Shown here piece by piece: positions 17,342 through 25,468 of a stretch of 35,163 bases of DNA; the first letter of the stretch is position 1, and the number at the start of each line of letters is the position of its first letter. The notes under the pieces were generated by a model. That model did not search any database, was not told where the DNA came from, and worked only from the letters and a program-made list of their open reading frames with translations. Both the position numbers and the translations under genes were made by a program. The DNA is from a virus (lineage: Duplodnaviria; Caudoviricetes): the IMG/VR virus record IMGVR_UViG_3300014208_001455, positions 1-35,163 of that record; one strand, 5' to 3'.

Positions 17342-19384
17342 ATGCAAAGCAAAAATTACGCAGGCCCACCATTTCGTGACGCGCAGTTTGCGCGGAATGC
17401 CAATATCGCCCAGAACAAAATCACGGCGAATACAGACGCAAAGATCATGGTCTGTGGGGATTCGATTACCGCACAAGGTGCGACTTCTACTGATGAACGC
17501 GCGGCGGGTTATCGCTACTGGCTACAGAAATTACTTCGTCTTCATCGTGGAAATATCACATGGCTCGGGACAAAGGACATCGGCCCGCAAGTATCAACGG
17601 GGCCATACGCCACGCCCGGCAATGTCATGATGTGGTCGTGGAGATGCGCCGCTCTTGGTGGATACACCATTCAGCAAATTGACACGCTCGCTACTGAGGC
17701 AGAGGCCGCGCAAGGAGCCGCTGACGTGTACACATTGCTTGCGGGAACCAACAACTACGGATCCGATACGGCCGCGCAGGCGGTGGCCAGAATCGTGACA
17801 TTTATTCAGAATCGCATTGCCGCGAATCCTGATTGTGTTGTGCTCGTTGGCACGCTGTTGCCGGCAGGCCCTCCCGTATCCGGATACGCGACAAAACAGA
17901 CGTATCTTGACGCGTTCAATGCCGCGTTACCGGCCGCGCTTGCTCCATACCCGCAGGCACGCATCGTGCCCGTTGGTACGATCATGACGAAGGCGCATCT
18001 GATTGATGGCATCCATCCAAACATTCAAGGAGAGGGCATCATCGGCAAAGCGTTCGCAGACGCCATCCTGAACGTGATTGGCATCTCTGGGGCACCCTTT
18101 CCACGTCCGCTCACGCGTCGCGTACCCGTTAGCCGACTGTCTGTCAGTGGAACTCAGCAGGCCTATTTTTACGACGCGACAAATGCCTCCGGTCTTTTTC
18201 CAACGGCTGGAGAATCGTGGTATGCCCTCATTAAAATCAGACCTTCGGATTTATCCGTTAGCGGTCGACTTATTTTCGGATTTGGAGGTTCAACAACAGG
18301 CATTTTGCTCATGAGCACTACGGCATCTGGCGGTCCGGATGCACGATCATTGCAGGTCTATCATTACGTTGGCCCTACTGCGTATTCAGGACTCAGTGAA
18401 GCGTTGCGCGTGGATCGCGTGCACGCCATTGGCTTGGCCTATGATGCGGACTTGGGAGAAATGACCGTCTACTGTTTGCGCGAAGGTGACGATGGGAAAC
18501 CGGTGACATTCTGCGTCGCGCAAGGAACGGGCGTGCCCGAGCTAGAACCCGGATTCACCTACATGTCCGTCGGCTATCTTTACGGAGTCTCTGGCGTTCC
18601 AGGAACGCGTGGAGATTTTGTCTTCGGCCGAGGCGTTAAGATCACACCTGATGAGATGGAAGCCTATTACATGGAGGGCGCAATTCCGCAGAGTGCAACA
18701 GCATACTATCCATTAAACGAGGGCACGGGCACTTCCCTGAATCCATCTCCGTCTTTTGCCGGACTCCTTCCGGTTGGCGTCACAACCGCCGCGTGGACAA
18801 CCGCGGGCGTTCCTGTCGAGCCTTGGGATCGTGAAGAAGAGGAACGCAAAAAGGTTTTAGCTGACGCATGGGAGGATTTGCGTTTCCCTGCATCGCAGGC
18901 CATGGTCAACCCTGTTACAGCAAAACCGGATCAGGGAGTATTTACGGATGGCATCGAGACGCTTTTATTTGACCCGGATGCGGATGAGAGCGTATTCATC
19001 CATGTCCAGATGCCGCATGCGTGGAAGCTCGGATCGAGCATCGTGCCGCACGTACACTGGTCACCGATGACCACGCATACGGGCGTCGTTCGTTGGGGTT
19101 TGGAATACACGGTCGCATTGAAAGATGGGACATTCGGGGCGTCGACGACGATCTATATCGAGGATGCCGGGGATGGCGTTGCTCTCAAGCATCAAACAGC
19201 GAATTTCGCGGCAATCGTGATGTCGGCCTATGCGGGACTGTCGGTGATGCTGATGTGTCGTCTTTTCCGTGATGCCGATCACGTCAATGACACGTTTACC
19301 GGCGAGGCCGCCTTGCTGGAATTCGACATCCACTACGTGCGCGATGACAACGGTTCGCAATCTGCCACAGCGAAATACGCATAG
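17342..19384 (+). CDS. Multidomain protein: SGNH/GDSL esterase, LamG-like domain, C-terminal beta domain
   Basis: GDSIT, GTNN, DGIHP catalytic blocks; YYPLNEGTG LamG-type motif. Confidence 0.8.
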   Translation: MQSKNYAGPPFRDAQFARNANIAQNKITANTDAKIMVCGDSITAQGATSTDERAAGYRYWLQKLLRLHRGNITWLGTKDIGPQVSTGPYATPGNVMMWSWRCAALGGYTIQQIDTLATEAEAAQGAADVYTLLAGTNNYGSDTAAQAVARIVTFIQNRIAANPDCVVLVGTLLPAGPPVSGYATKQTYLDAFNAALPAALAPYPQARIVPVGTIMTKAHLIDGIHPNIQGEGIIGKAFADAILNVIGISGAPFPRPLTRRVPVSRLSVSGTQQAYFYDATNASGLFPTAGESWYALIKIRPSDLSVSGRLIFGFGGSTTGILLMSTTASGGPDARSLQVYHYVGPTAYSGLSEALRVDRVHAIGLAYDADLGEMTVYCLREGDDGKPVTFCVAQGTGVPELEPGFTYMSVGYLYGVSGVPGTRGDFVFGRGVKITPDEMEAYYMEGAIPQSATAYYPLNEGTGTSLNPSPSFAGLLPVGVTTAAWTTAGVPVEPWDREEEERKKVLADAWEDLRFPASQAMVNPVTAKPDQGVFTDGIETLLFDPDADESVFIHVQMPHAWKLGSSIVPHVHWSPMTTHTGVVRWGLEYTVALKDGTFGASTTIYIEDAGDGVALKHQTANFAAIVMSAYAGLSVMLMCRLFRDADHVNDTFTGEAALLEFDIHYVRDDNGSQSATAKYA

Positions 19385-19407
19385 CCGCCTCTCAGCGATT
19401 TACCGAT

Positions 19408-19677
19408 ATGCCTGACCACTCTCTCACGCTAACCGCCGGTCGCATGTTTATTCCGGTGAGCACGGTCCTTTCGATTATCTTGAGCACGGCTGGCCTCGTC
19501 TGGTACATCGCCGGAGTCAAAGAGGATCTGGGTGATAAGATTGCGGCGCTCTCGGCAAAAATTGATGTGCACACAGCGCTCTCGGTTGGTGAAGAGAAGA
19601 AGATCGGTAACCTATCGATTTGCTGTGAAACACTCACGTCACGGGTGGTGAAACTCGAAACAAAGATCGAACGCTAA
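19408..19677 (+). CDS. Single-TM coiled-coil protein, holin-like or lysis accessory
   Basis: N-terminal TM, C-terminal RVVKLETK, position. Confidence 0.55.
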   Translation: MPDHSLTLTAGRMFIPVSTVLSIILSTAGLVWYIAGVKEDLGDKIAALSAKIDVHTALSVGEEKKIGNLSICCETLTSRVVKLETKIER

Positions 19678-19694
19678 CTCATTCATTTCATTCT

Positions 19695-19916
19695 ATGGAA
19701 CAAAAATACTGGCTCGATTCGTCCACGGTGCGTGCATCACTTTTGCAGATGCTCCCCGTCATGGTGCTCGTGCTCAAAATGTTCGGCATCGAGATTGGGG
19801 ATGGGGAGACGCAATCCATCGTCGAGGGCATCACAGCTATCGTGTCACTCGTAGGCGTCGTGTACGCCATCGTGGGACGCGCAAAGGCGGATAAGCCGCT
19901 CACATTCACAAAATAA
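19695..19916 (+). CDS. Putative holin
   Basis: 73 aa, two TM helices, K.W..S.T start, basic C-terminus. Confidence 0.7.
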   Translation: MEQKYWLDSSTVRASLLQMLPVMVLVLKMFGIEIGDGETQSIVEGITAIVSLVGVVYAIVGRAKADKPLTFTK

Positions 19917-19920
19917 CCCT

Positions 19921-20988
19921 ATGAGCACCACAGACGACAAATACGAGCCAAAGACAGGGCTCCGGCCTGATCCTCTCGATGAGAGAGACTTCTTGTATGA
20001 GGACGTCATGGGTGCTGATGCGGGTGATCTTGATTGGGAGAAGGGGTTCAACGTCTACGAAGAGCTTGGCCTGCCATACCCGCACCAAGATCAGGGGAGA
20101 AGCTATTCCTGCGTGGCGCAGTCCACGGCAGAGCATACGCGCGTGTGGTGGAAGAAGCTGACAGGGGAGGATATTGAATTCTCGCCTCGCTTTATTTACC
20201 CGCAAATCGCCCTCGGCTATGCAGGTGGGGCGTATTTGCGCGACGGCGTGCATCTTGTGGCATCGAAGGGCGTATGCGATGAGGGGGAGCTTCCGTCGTA
20301 CGAGAATGGCCAGCCACCGTCCGAGGATTTTATGTTCAACGCCGCGGCGATCACGCCGGACATCCTGGCGAAGGCACTTCCGCACGATCGCTTCAACTTT
20401 CGCGTGATTCTAGGAGGTACGGATGACATTTCGCTCTTTGCGCACGCGATACGATTCAACTGTGGCGTCGTAGGTGGATTCAAGGGCACGAATATCGGAT
20501 GGTGCAGGTCTGAGGTGCGCGCACCACAAGCAGGGGAGGACATATGGGGGCACGCGGTACTGCTTTGCGCGTATGGGATGCACGAGGGGAAGCGATGCAT
20601 GTTCACGCGCAACTCATGGGGAGGGCGTTACACGATCCAGGAGGGGCGCTGGAAGGGATTGCAGGCCATCCCGGAGGAATACTTCACCGCAGGCGTACAG
20701 ACAGCCGTGGGCGAGGCAAAAGGCGTGTACGTGTTTAATTCTTGGGTGCTCGTGCCAGACTCAAAGCTGACACCGGCTCAAAAAACTATGGACTTCTTGA
20801 AAAAGAATGAGGGCAAGCTCGTGCAGGACTCGCAGGGGAGCGGCGCTTTCGGCATCGTGAAGGGTGGAAAGATCCTCGTGGCGAGCAAGGAGCGCGTGGC
20901 GGAGCTTCTCGCGACGTACATCGTGCGAAAAGAGGGCGTGGGCGTGGCACGAGAGATGTGGGCAGACGCGCCGAAGGAGGATTTTTGA
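19921..20988 (+). CDS. Papain-family (C1) cysteine peptidase in endolysin position
   Basis: DQGRSYSCVAQ (Cys), FSPRFIY, GHAV (His), RNSWG (Asn). Confidence 0.88.
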   Translation: MSTTDDKYEPKTGLRPDPLDERDFLYEDVMGADAGDLDWEKGFNVYEELGLPYPHQDQGRSYSCVAQSTAEHTRVWWKKLTGEDIEFSPRFIYPQIALGYAGGAYLRDGVHLVASKGVCDEGELPSYENGQPPSEDFMFNAAAITPDILAKALPHDRFNFRVILGGTDDISLFAHAIRFNCGVVGGFKGTNIGWCRSEVRAPQAGEDIWGHAVLLCAYGMHEGKRCMFTRNSWGGRYTIQEGRWKGLQAIPEEYFTAGVQTAVGEAKGVYVFNSWVLVPDSKLTPAQKTMDFLKKNEGKLVQDSQGSGAFGIVKGGKILVASKERVAELLATYIVRKEGVGVAREMWADAPKEDF

Positions 20989-20994
20989 CCTCGT

Positions 20995-21081
20995 ATGATC
21001 AAAGAGCTGGGATGCGCGGCGTGGATTTTTGTCCTCATCTTCGTGCTGAGCATGTTCGTGGCTGTGAAGTGGGTGAAATGA
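20995..21081 (+). CDS. 28-aa hydrophobic peptide MIKELGCAAWIFVLIFVLSMFVAVKWVK
   Basis: Hand-translated; gtATG just after protease stop; one TM with basic end. Confidence 0.5.
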   Translation: MIKELGCAAWIFVLIFVLSMFVAVKWVK

Positions 21082-21084
21082 AAA

Positions 21085-21112
21085 GGGATGGGATGGGATG
21101 GGATGGGATGGG
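21085..21112 (+). repeat. (GGGAT)5GGG pentanucleotide repeat
   Basis: Directly visible. Confidence 0.95.
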
Positions 21113-21136
21113 CTTGACGGGTTCGAAACGATGCTC

Positions 21137-21165
21137 TTGCATCGAATGGCTGTTTGTTTTATCAT
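21137..21165 (+). promoter_or_regulatory. Sigma70-type promoter
   Basis: TTGCAT-N17-TATCAT. Confidence 0.55.
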
Positions 21166-21171
21166 GTTATC

Positions 21172-21362
21172 GACTTTCACAATTCATTCTCTCGTTTAGA
21201 GCCGAGAGAGGCAACGTTCATCACAGACACTCCAAGTGATGACCATCGAAGGGAGCTACCCTGCTGAACCCCAAAGGTTTGTCAGGTGCTCTAACACTGC
21301 TGACTACCAAGAAAGAAATTTCTAAGTAGTAGGCGGGGTAGTTGCCTTCGGTGGTTTTGTTT
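21172..21362 (+). ncRNA. Candidate structured sRNA or attenuator leader
   Basis: Long stem 21242-21264 with 21333-21355 followed by T-rich tract; two hairpins with complementary loops. Confidence 0.5.
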
Positions 21363-21475
21363 GTCGCAAGAGGCTGGCGACGCTGGTGCTACCAGCCCGC
21401 TGGCTCGACCAGTCCTGGACTATGGGACTCCATATGGCATTTAGCTAGTGGATGATCAGAGTCGGCGACAAACAT

Positions 21476-21637
21476 ATGGCCAAAAGCCTAGTGTTCCGGT
21501 GGTCTTACAAACATCACATCACGAAGCAAATCGTGAGAGCGCGTAAACGTCCGTTTCCGATGTGGCTCGACGATGCAACGGGTGAGGTGCGGAGGATCGT
21601 AAGGGATACGAAAACAACGCCTATTAGGGCGCTGTAA
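21476..21637 (+). CDS. Small basic hypothetical protein (53 aa)
   Basis: atATG start downstream of structured leader. Confidence 0.5.
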   Translation: MAKSLVFRWSYKHHITKQIVRARKRPFPMWLDDATGEVRRIVRDTKTTPIRAL

Positions 21638-21841
21638 TCATCGAAGCTACTAATTCCCGAGTGGAAGCACTCTGGGCAAGACACGCGATTCTTACAAGGA
21701 GGCGCGTGTTTTTGGTTCGTGCCGTGCTACTTACCATTTCAACACAGATCACGTCAACTGTCAGAGTATAGCACAGGCGTCCATGACGGTCTGTGGATAC
21801 CCTCGACTCAACACGTCCAGCACGCGCTACAATGTCCCCAT

Positions 21842-22186
21842 ATGGAACGAGAAACAAAGACGGTGAAGTGCCCGAGTGGCAAGGAGGCTGTGCTCAAAGC
21901 GTATCTGACGGCAGGAGAGCGGAGACAGCTTCGTAACACATTCGCGGAGGCGATTCGTCTCCCCATGACGCGCGGGGAGGATGTACGGGTTGAGAACCTG
22001 GGCGAGGCGATGAATCACGGAGAGGATGTGCTGATCCGTATGGCTGTGACTTCGTACGACGGAAACGCGGACCAGATCGTCGAGCGTCTGCTCGATGGCA
22101 ATCCGAAGGATGGAACGGACGGCGACTACGAATTCATCGTCGAAGAAGCTGGGAAGCTGAACAGCGTTTTTACGCAAGCGAAGTAG
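21842..22186 (+). CDS. Tail assembly chaperone (G-like)
   Basis: Size, upstream of tape measure, overlapped by a -1 frame ORF. Confidence 0.65.
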   Translation: MERETKTVKCPSGKEAVLKAYLTAGERRQLRNTFAEAIRLPMTRGEDVRVENLGEAMNHGEDVLIRMAVTSYDGNADQIVERLLDGNPKDGTDGDYEFIVEEAGKLNSVFTQAK

Positions 22187-22371
22187 CGCAGTCGTGGCAA
22201 CGTTGCTTCGCTGGTCGAGGACAGCCCGATGAGGAGATGATCATCGCCATGGTCTGTCGCGAGATGAAGTGGACGCTCGATCAATATGAAAAACAGCCGG
22301 CACAGTTCATTGACACTGTGACGGCTATGATTTTCGAGGAATGGAAGGCAAAAGACAGGGCGACAAAATGA
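22171..22371 (+). CDS. Tail assembly chaperone C-terminal (T-like) frame, probably reached by -1 frameshift
   Basis: Open -1 frame after GTTTTT (22166-22171) encoding ..CREMKWTLDQYEKQPAQFID.. Confidence 0.6.
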   Translation, partial: YASEVAQSWQRCFAGRGQPDEEMIIAMVCREMKWTLDQYEKQPAQFIDTVTAMIFEEWKAKDRATK

Positions 22372-22557
22372 TTACCGTGTCTTTTTTGTTACGTGGCAAT
22401 GGCGCGCGAAATACTTTACGCCCCATTTTTTGCAGTTTGTACGACAGACGTGGCATCCATAGCGATCCGTGTTGCCTGGGTGGGCATAAGCCACGCCGGA
22501 AGAGAGCGGGGAGAGAATGAGAGCCATTGCGAAAGCAAGTATGAGAAAAATGCGCAT
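22372..22557 (-). CDS. Small secreted His/Cys peptide (YHYH-domain-like), moron
   Basis: Signal peptide ending AYA, HPGNTDRYGCH..HCH. Confidence 0.7.
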   Translation of the reverse strand: MRIFLILAFAMALILSPLSSGVAYAHPGNTDRYGCHVCRTNCKKWGVKYFARHCHVTKKTR

Positions 22558-22563
22558 ACCTAT

Positions 22564-23130
22564 TTATTTGACGATTGCTTGTTTGACTTCTCCTGCACCT
22601 TGTTGCGCAGTGGACCCTTCCATTTTTGCCGTGAAGCTGAATTGATTGATACCCGCGTCGCCATGTTTGGATATTGGACAGGTATTGATGTCAAAATAAA
22701 CGCTTTTTCCGATCACTGTACTGATTGGAGATTCTTTTGAGCTGAATTCCTCGGTCCAGATGTCACGTCCTTCTTTGCTCGTCAGCGTGATCGAGACGGT
22801 TCCCATGAACGCCTTTTCGTCGGTGTTGCGAATATCAAAGAAATACCGGCATTTGCCGTTCACCTCTTTGACGCTTTGGCTTGTGACGGTGAGATGAAGA
22901 TCTTGTTTTTCAACGGGAGCAACCTGGGAGGATTCGTTCGTTGCCGTATTGGTGTGTGACGATTCTTTTGGCATTGTGGCACCAAAAATAACCAGCGACC
23001 CAAAAAGGATGGCTCCAAGCACCATTCCTGCCTTCCCGCGGTTTGGCAACTTAAAAAGGTTCGGCTTGATCAGTCCGGCGATCAGGGCCGCGATGCTGGC
23101 GTAGACAAGGAAATAGGCGATGTATTGCAT
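22564..23130 (-). CDS. Membrane protein with two N-terminal TMs and extracytoplasmic beta domain, moron
   Basis: Start MQYIAY; own minus-strand promoter TTGACT-N17-CACACT (23178-23150). Confidence 0.75.
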   Translation of the reverse strand: MQYIAYFLVYASIAALIAGLIKPNLFKLPNRGKAGMVLGAILFGSLVIFGATMPKESSHTNTATNESSQVAPVEKQDLHLTVTSQSVKEVNGKCRYFFDIRNTDEKAFMGTVSITLTSKEGRDIWTEEFSSKESPISTVIGKSVYFDINTCPISKHGDAGINQFSFTAKMEGSTAQQGAGEVKQAIVK

Positions 23131-23205
23131 ATGGCTTTGTTGATGTGCGAGTGTGGAATAAACCACGGAAAAAGTCAAGCCCTATGATACGCTCGGAGTA
23201 TCAAT

Positions 23206-24726
23206 ATGGCCAATACAACGCTTTCCATTCTTGTTCAAGCAAAAGACGACGCATCCAAGGCACTCACGCGCGTCAATCAGAGCCTTGGCGGGCTTAAGGA
23301 GTTTGCGAAGAAGAGCGCCATCGCTCTCGGAGCCGTTGGAGCTTCCGCCGGCGCGCTTGGTATCGCCGCTCTCAAATCTGCCGGTGAGTATGAGCAGAGC
23401 CGTGTCGCCTTTGAGACGATGCTGGGGAGCGCTGAGAAGGCCACGAAATTTCTCAAAGAAATGACAGCTTTTGCCGCCAAAACGCCATTCGAGCTCAAAG
23501 ATTTGGAGCAAGCATCGAAACAGCTCCTTGCTTACGGAAGCACGCAAGACAACGTGCTCACACAGCTCAAGTCACTCGGGGACGTTGCGGCAGGCGTTGG
23601 AATGGATAAGCTCCCCCAGCTCATCACGGCATTCGGGCAGGTTCAATCCAAGACGCGCCTCATGGGTGAGGAGCTTTTGCAATTCACTGAGGCAGGTGTG
23701 CCAATGCTCGGGACGCTCGCAAAACAGTTCGGCGTCACAGAGGCGGAGATTTCGAAGATGGTGAGCAAGGGGCAGGTTGGATTCAAAGATGTGGAGATCG
23801 CCATGGCGTCGCTTTCGGGGGAGGGCGGTAAGTTTCAGGATCTCATGTCGCGACAGAGCGATACGCTCGTCGGAAAGATCAGTAATTTGCAAGACGCGTG
23901 GAATATGTTTTTGCGCGGTGCGGGCGCACAGTTTATTGAATGGGCCAAGCAGGGCGTGGACCTGTTGATCTGGTTTGTGAACGAGGGGATCCCCCTATTT
24001 CTTGGCAAGATCCAAGGATTGCAAAAAGGATTCGGTGATCTTGTCGCAGAGTTCGAGAAAAAGACGGGGATCATCACACAGCTCAAGGACGCATTCGGGA
24101 GTGTTTGGAAAACGGTACAGGATGAGCTCATGCCATCACTTCAACGTCTCGATAAGGCCATGAGGCCGTTGTATCCGTTTCTTGAGGCATTGGCTGGATT
24201 GATCGCTCAGGTTCTTGTATTGGCCCTCAAGGCGTTCATCGAAGCGCTCGTATTTTTGATCAATCTCGTCGTGCAAATTATCAGTAAGCTGACGGAGTGG
24301 ACGGCAATCATCATGGAGCAGGTGGGTCCAGCGATCGACTTCATGCGTAGTGCTATTGAGACGCTGTCTGGACCAATCCAGCGGGTGATTGACGGGTTCA
24401 ACCGTGTCGCAACTGCCGCGCGTGAAGCATTCGCGGCGGCTTCCCGTGTCGCCGGAAATGTAATAAGCGCCGTAACCAATCCGATGTCATCACTTACGCA
24501 TCAGGCCGCTGGCGGCATCATTTCTTCGCCTCGGCGTGTTCTTGTTGGAGAGGAGGGGCCAGAGGCGATAATTCCGCTCAATCGTCTCGGGATGGGCAGT
24601 GGAGGTGCAGGCGTGAACGTCAACATCTCCGGCGGATCATTTATCGGCACCAACTCTCGCGATGTAGCGCGGATGCTTGGCGATATGATAATCAAGGAGC
24701 TTCAGATGAGTCACAGGCTTGGATAA
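23206..24726 (+). CDS. Tape measure protein (506 aa)
   Basis: FAAKTPFEL, LGDVAAG, AFGQVQSK..LMGEELLQFTEAGVP; C-terminal VGEEGPEAIIPL. Confidence 0.92.
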   Translation: MANTTLSILVQAKDDASKALTRVNQSLGGLKEFAKKSAIALGAVGASAGALGIAALKSAGEYEQSRVAFETMLGSAEKATKFLKEMTAFAAKTPFELKDLEQASKQLLAYGSTQDNVLTQLKSLGDVAAGVGMDKLPQLITAFGQVQSKTRLMGEELLQFTEAGVPMLGTLAKQFGVTEAEISKMVSKGQVGFKDVEIAMASLSGEGGKFQDLMSRQSDTLVGKISNLQDAWNMFLRGAGAQFIEWAKQGVDLLIWFVNEGIPLFLGKIQGLQKGFGDLVAEFEKKTGIITQLKDAFGSVWKTVQDELMPSLQRLDKAMRPLYPFLEALAGLIAQVLVLALKAFIEALVFLINLVVQIISKLTEWTAIIMEQVGPAIDFMRSAIETLSGPIQRVIDGFNRVATAAREAFAAASRVAGNVISAVTNPMSSLTHQAAGGIISSPRRVLVGEEGPEAIIPLNRLGMGSGGAGVNVNISGGSFIGTNSRDVARMLGDMIIKELQMSHRLG

Positions 24727-25390
24727 CGATGTCAACGAATTCACGTGGGTCGGGAGCATGATCGATTCCCTTGGCTTTGTATACCTTTTTCGCAATCATC
24801 AGCTCCTCGTTGGCTATCTTGAGAAAAAGATCACGAAACTCTGTCTTTGCTATTCCTGAATTTTGAAATGCCATTTGAAGTAACGTGTTCGTGCTTGGGT
24901 AGCTTAGCCGATCCTTCGTTGTTTCTTTCAACTCTTCCAGTGTGTCGGTTTTGAATTGGTCATTGACGACAATTTTCCAATACAGATGACGAAAAAGAAG
25001 GATCAACGCTTCTGTGTAATGCTTCCCCTCTGCGCCGAGCTGACATGCCATCAATTCGTAAACCAAACAAAAGCGGCTGGCCGAATTATTCGCATCTTGT
25101 GAGGCGTCACGTATCTCCTGATTAAGAGCACGCCACGCGTCGTCACGTTTTTCGTGTTTCCACAGCTCCACAGCCGTGTGTATATTCCCCATTCCATCGG
25201 TTGCATAGGTCGATATTTGTTTGAGGAATGGTAGCGCTTCCGTCTTTACCCATTCGCCTTTGAAAACACTGATGGTTTTACCGCAGATTTTGCACGCTTG
25301 CTTTCTGGTTGGGATGGGAGCCGGATTGTTGCAGTATGGACACACGGGATCCCGTCTTCCTTTGAACGCCTTGAAAAGAGCTGAGAACAT
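24692..25390 (-). CDS. Hypothetical protein with N-terminal Zn ribbon, moron
   Basis: Start MFSALFK; CPYC..CKIC; TATACT -10 8 nt upstream; lower GC. Confidence 0.7.
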   Translation of the reverse strand: MFSALFKAFKGRRDPVCPYCNNPAPIPTRKQACKICGKTISVFKGEWVKTEALPFLKQISTYATDGMGNIHTAVELWKHEKRDDAWRALNQEIRDASQDANNSASRFCLVYELMACQLGAEGKHYTEALILLFRHLYWKIVVNDQFKTDTLEELKETTKDRLSYPSTNTLLQMAFQNSGIAKTEFRDLFLKIANEELMIAKKVYKAKGIDHAPDPREFVDIVIQACDSSEAP

Positions 25391-25468
25391 ACGTCCGTAG
25401 TATAGCGTCCCGCTGATTGGTGTGTACATCCGCCATCTTTCCGAGGCGGTTTTCGATATGCTTCCCTC

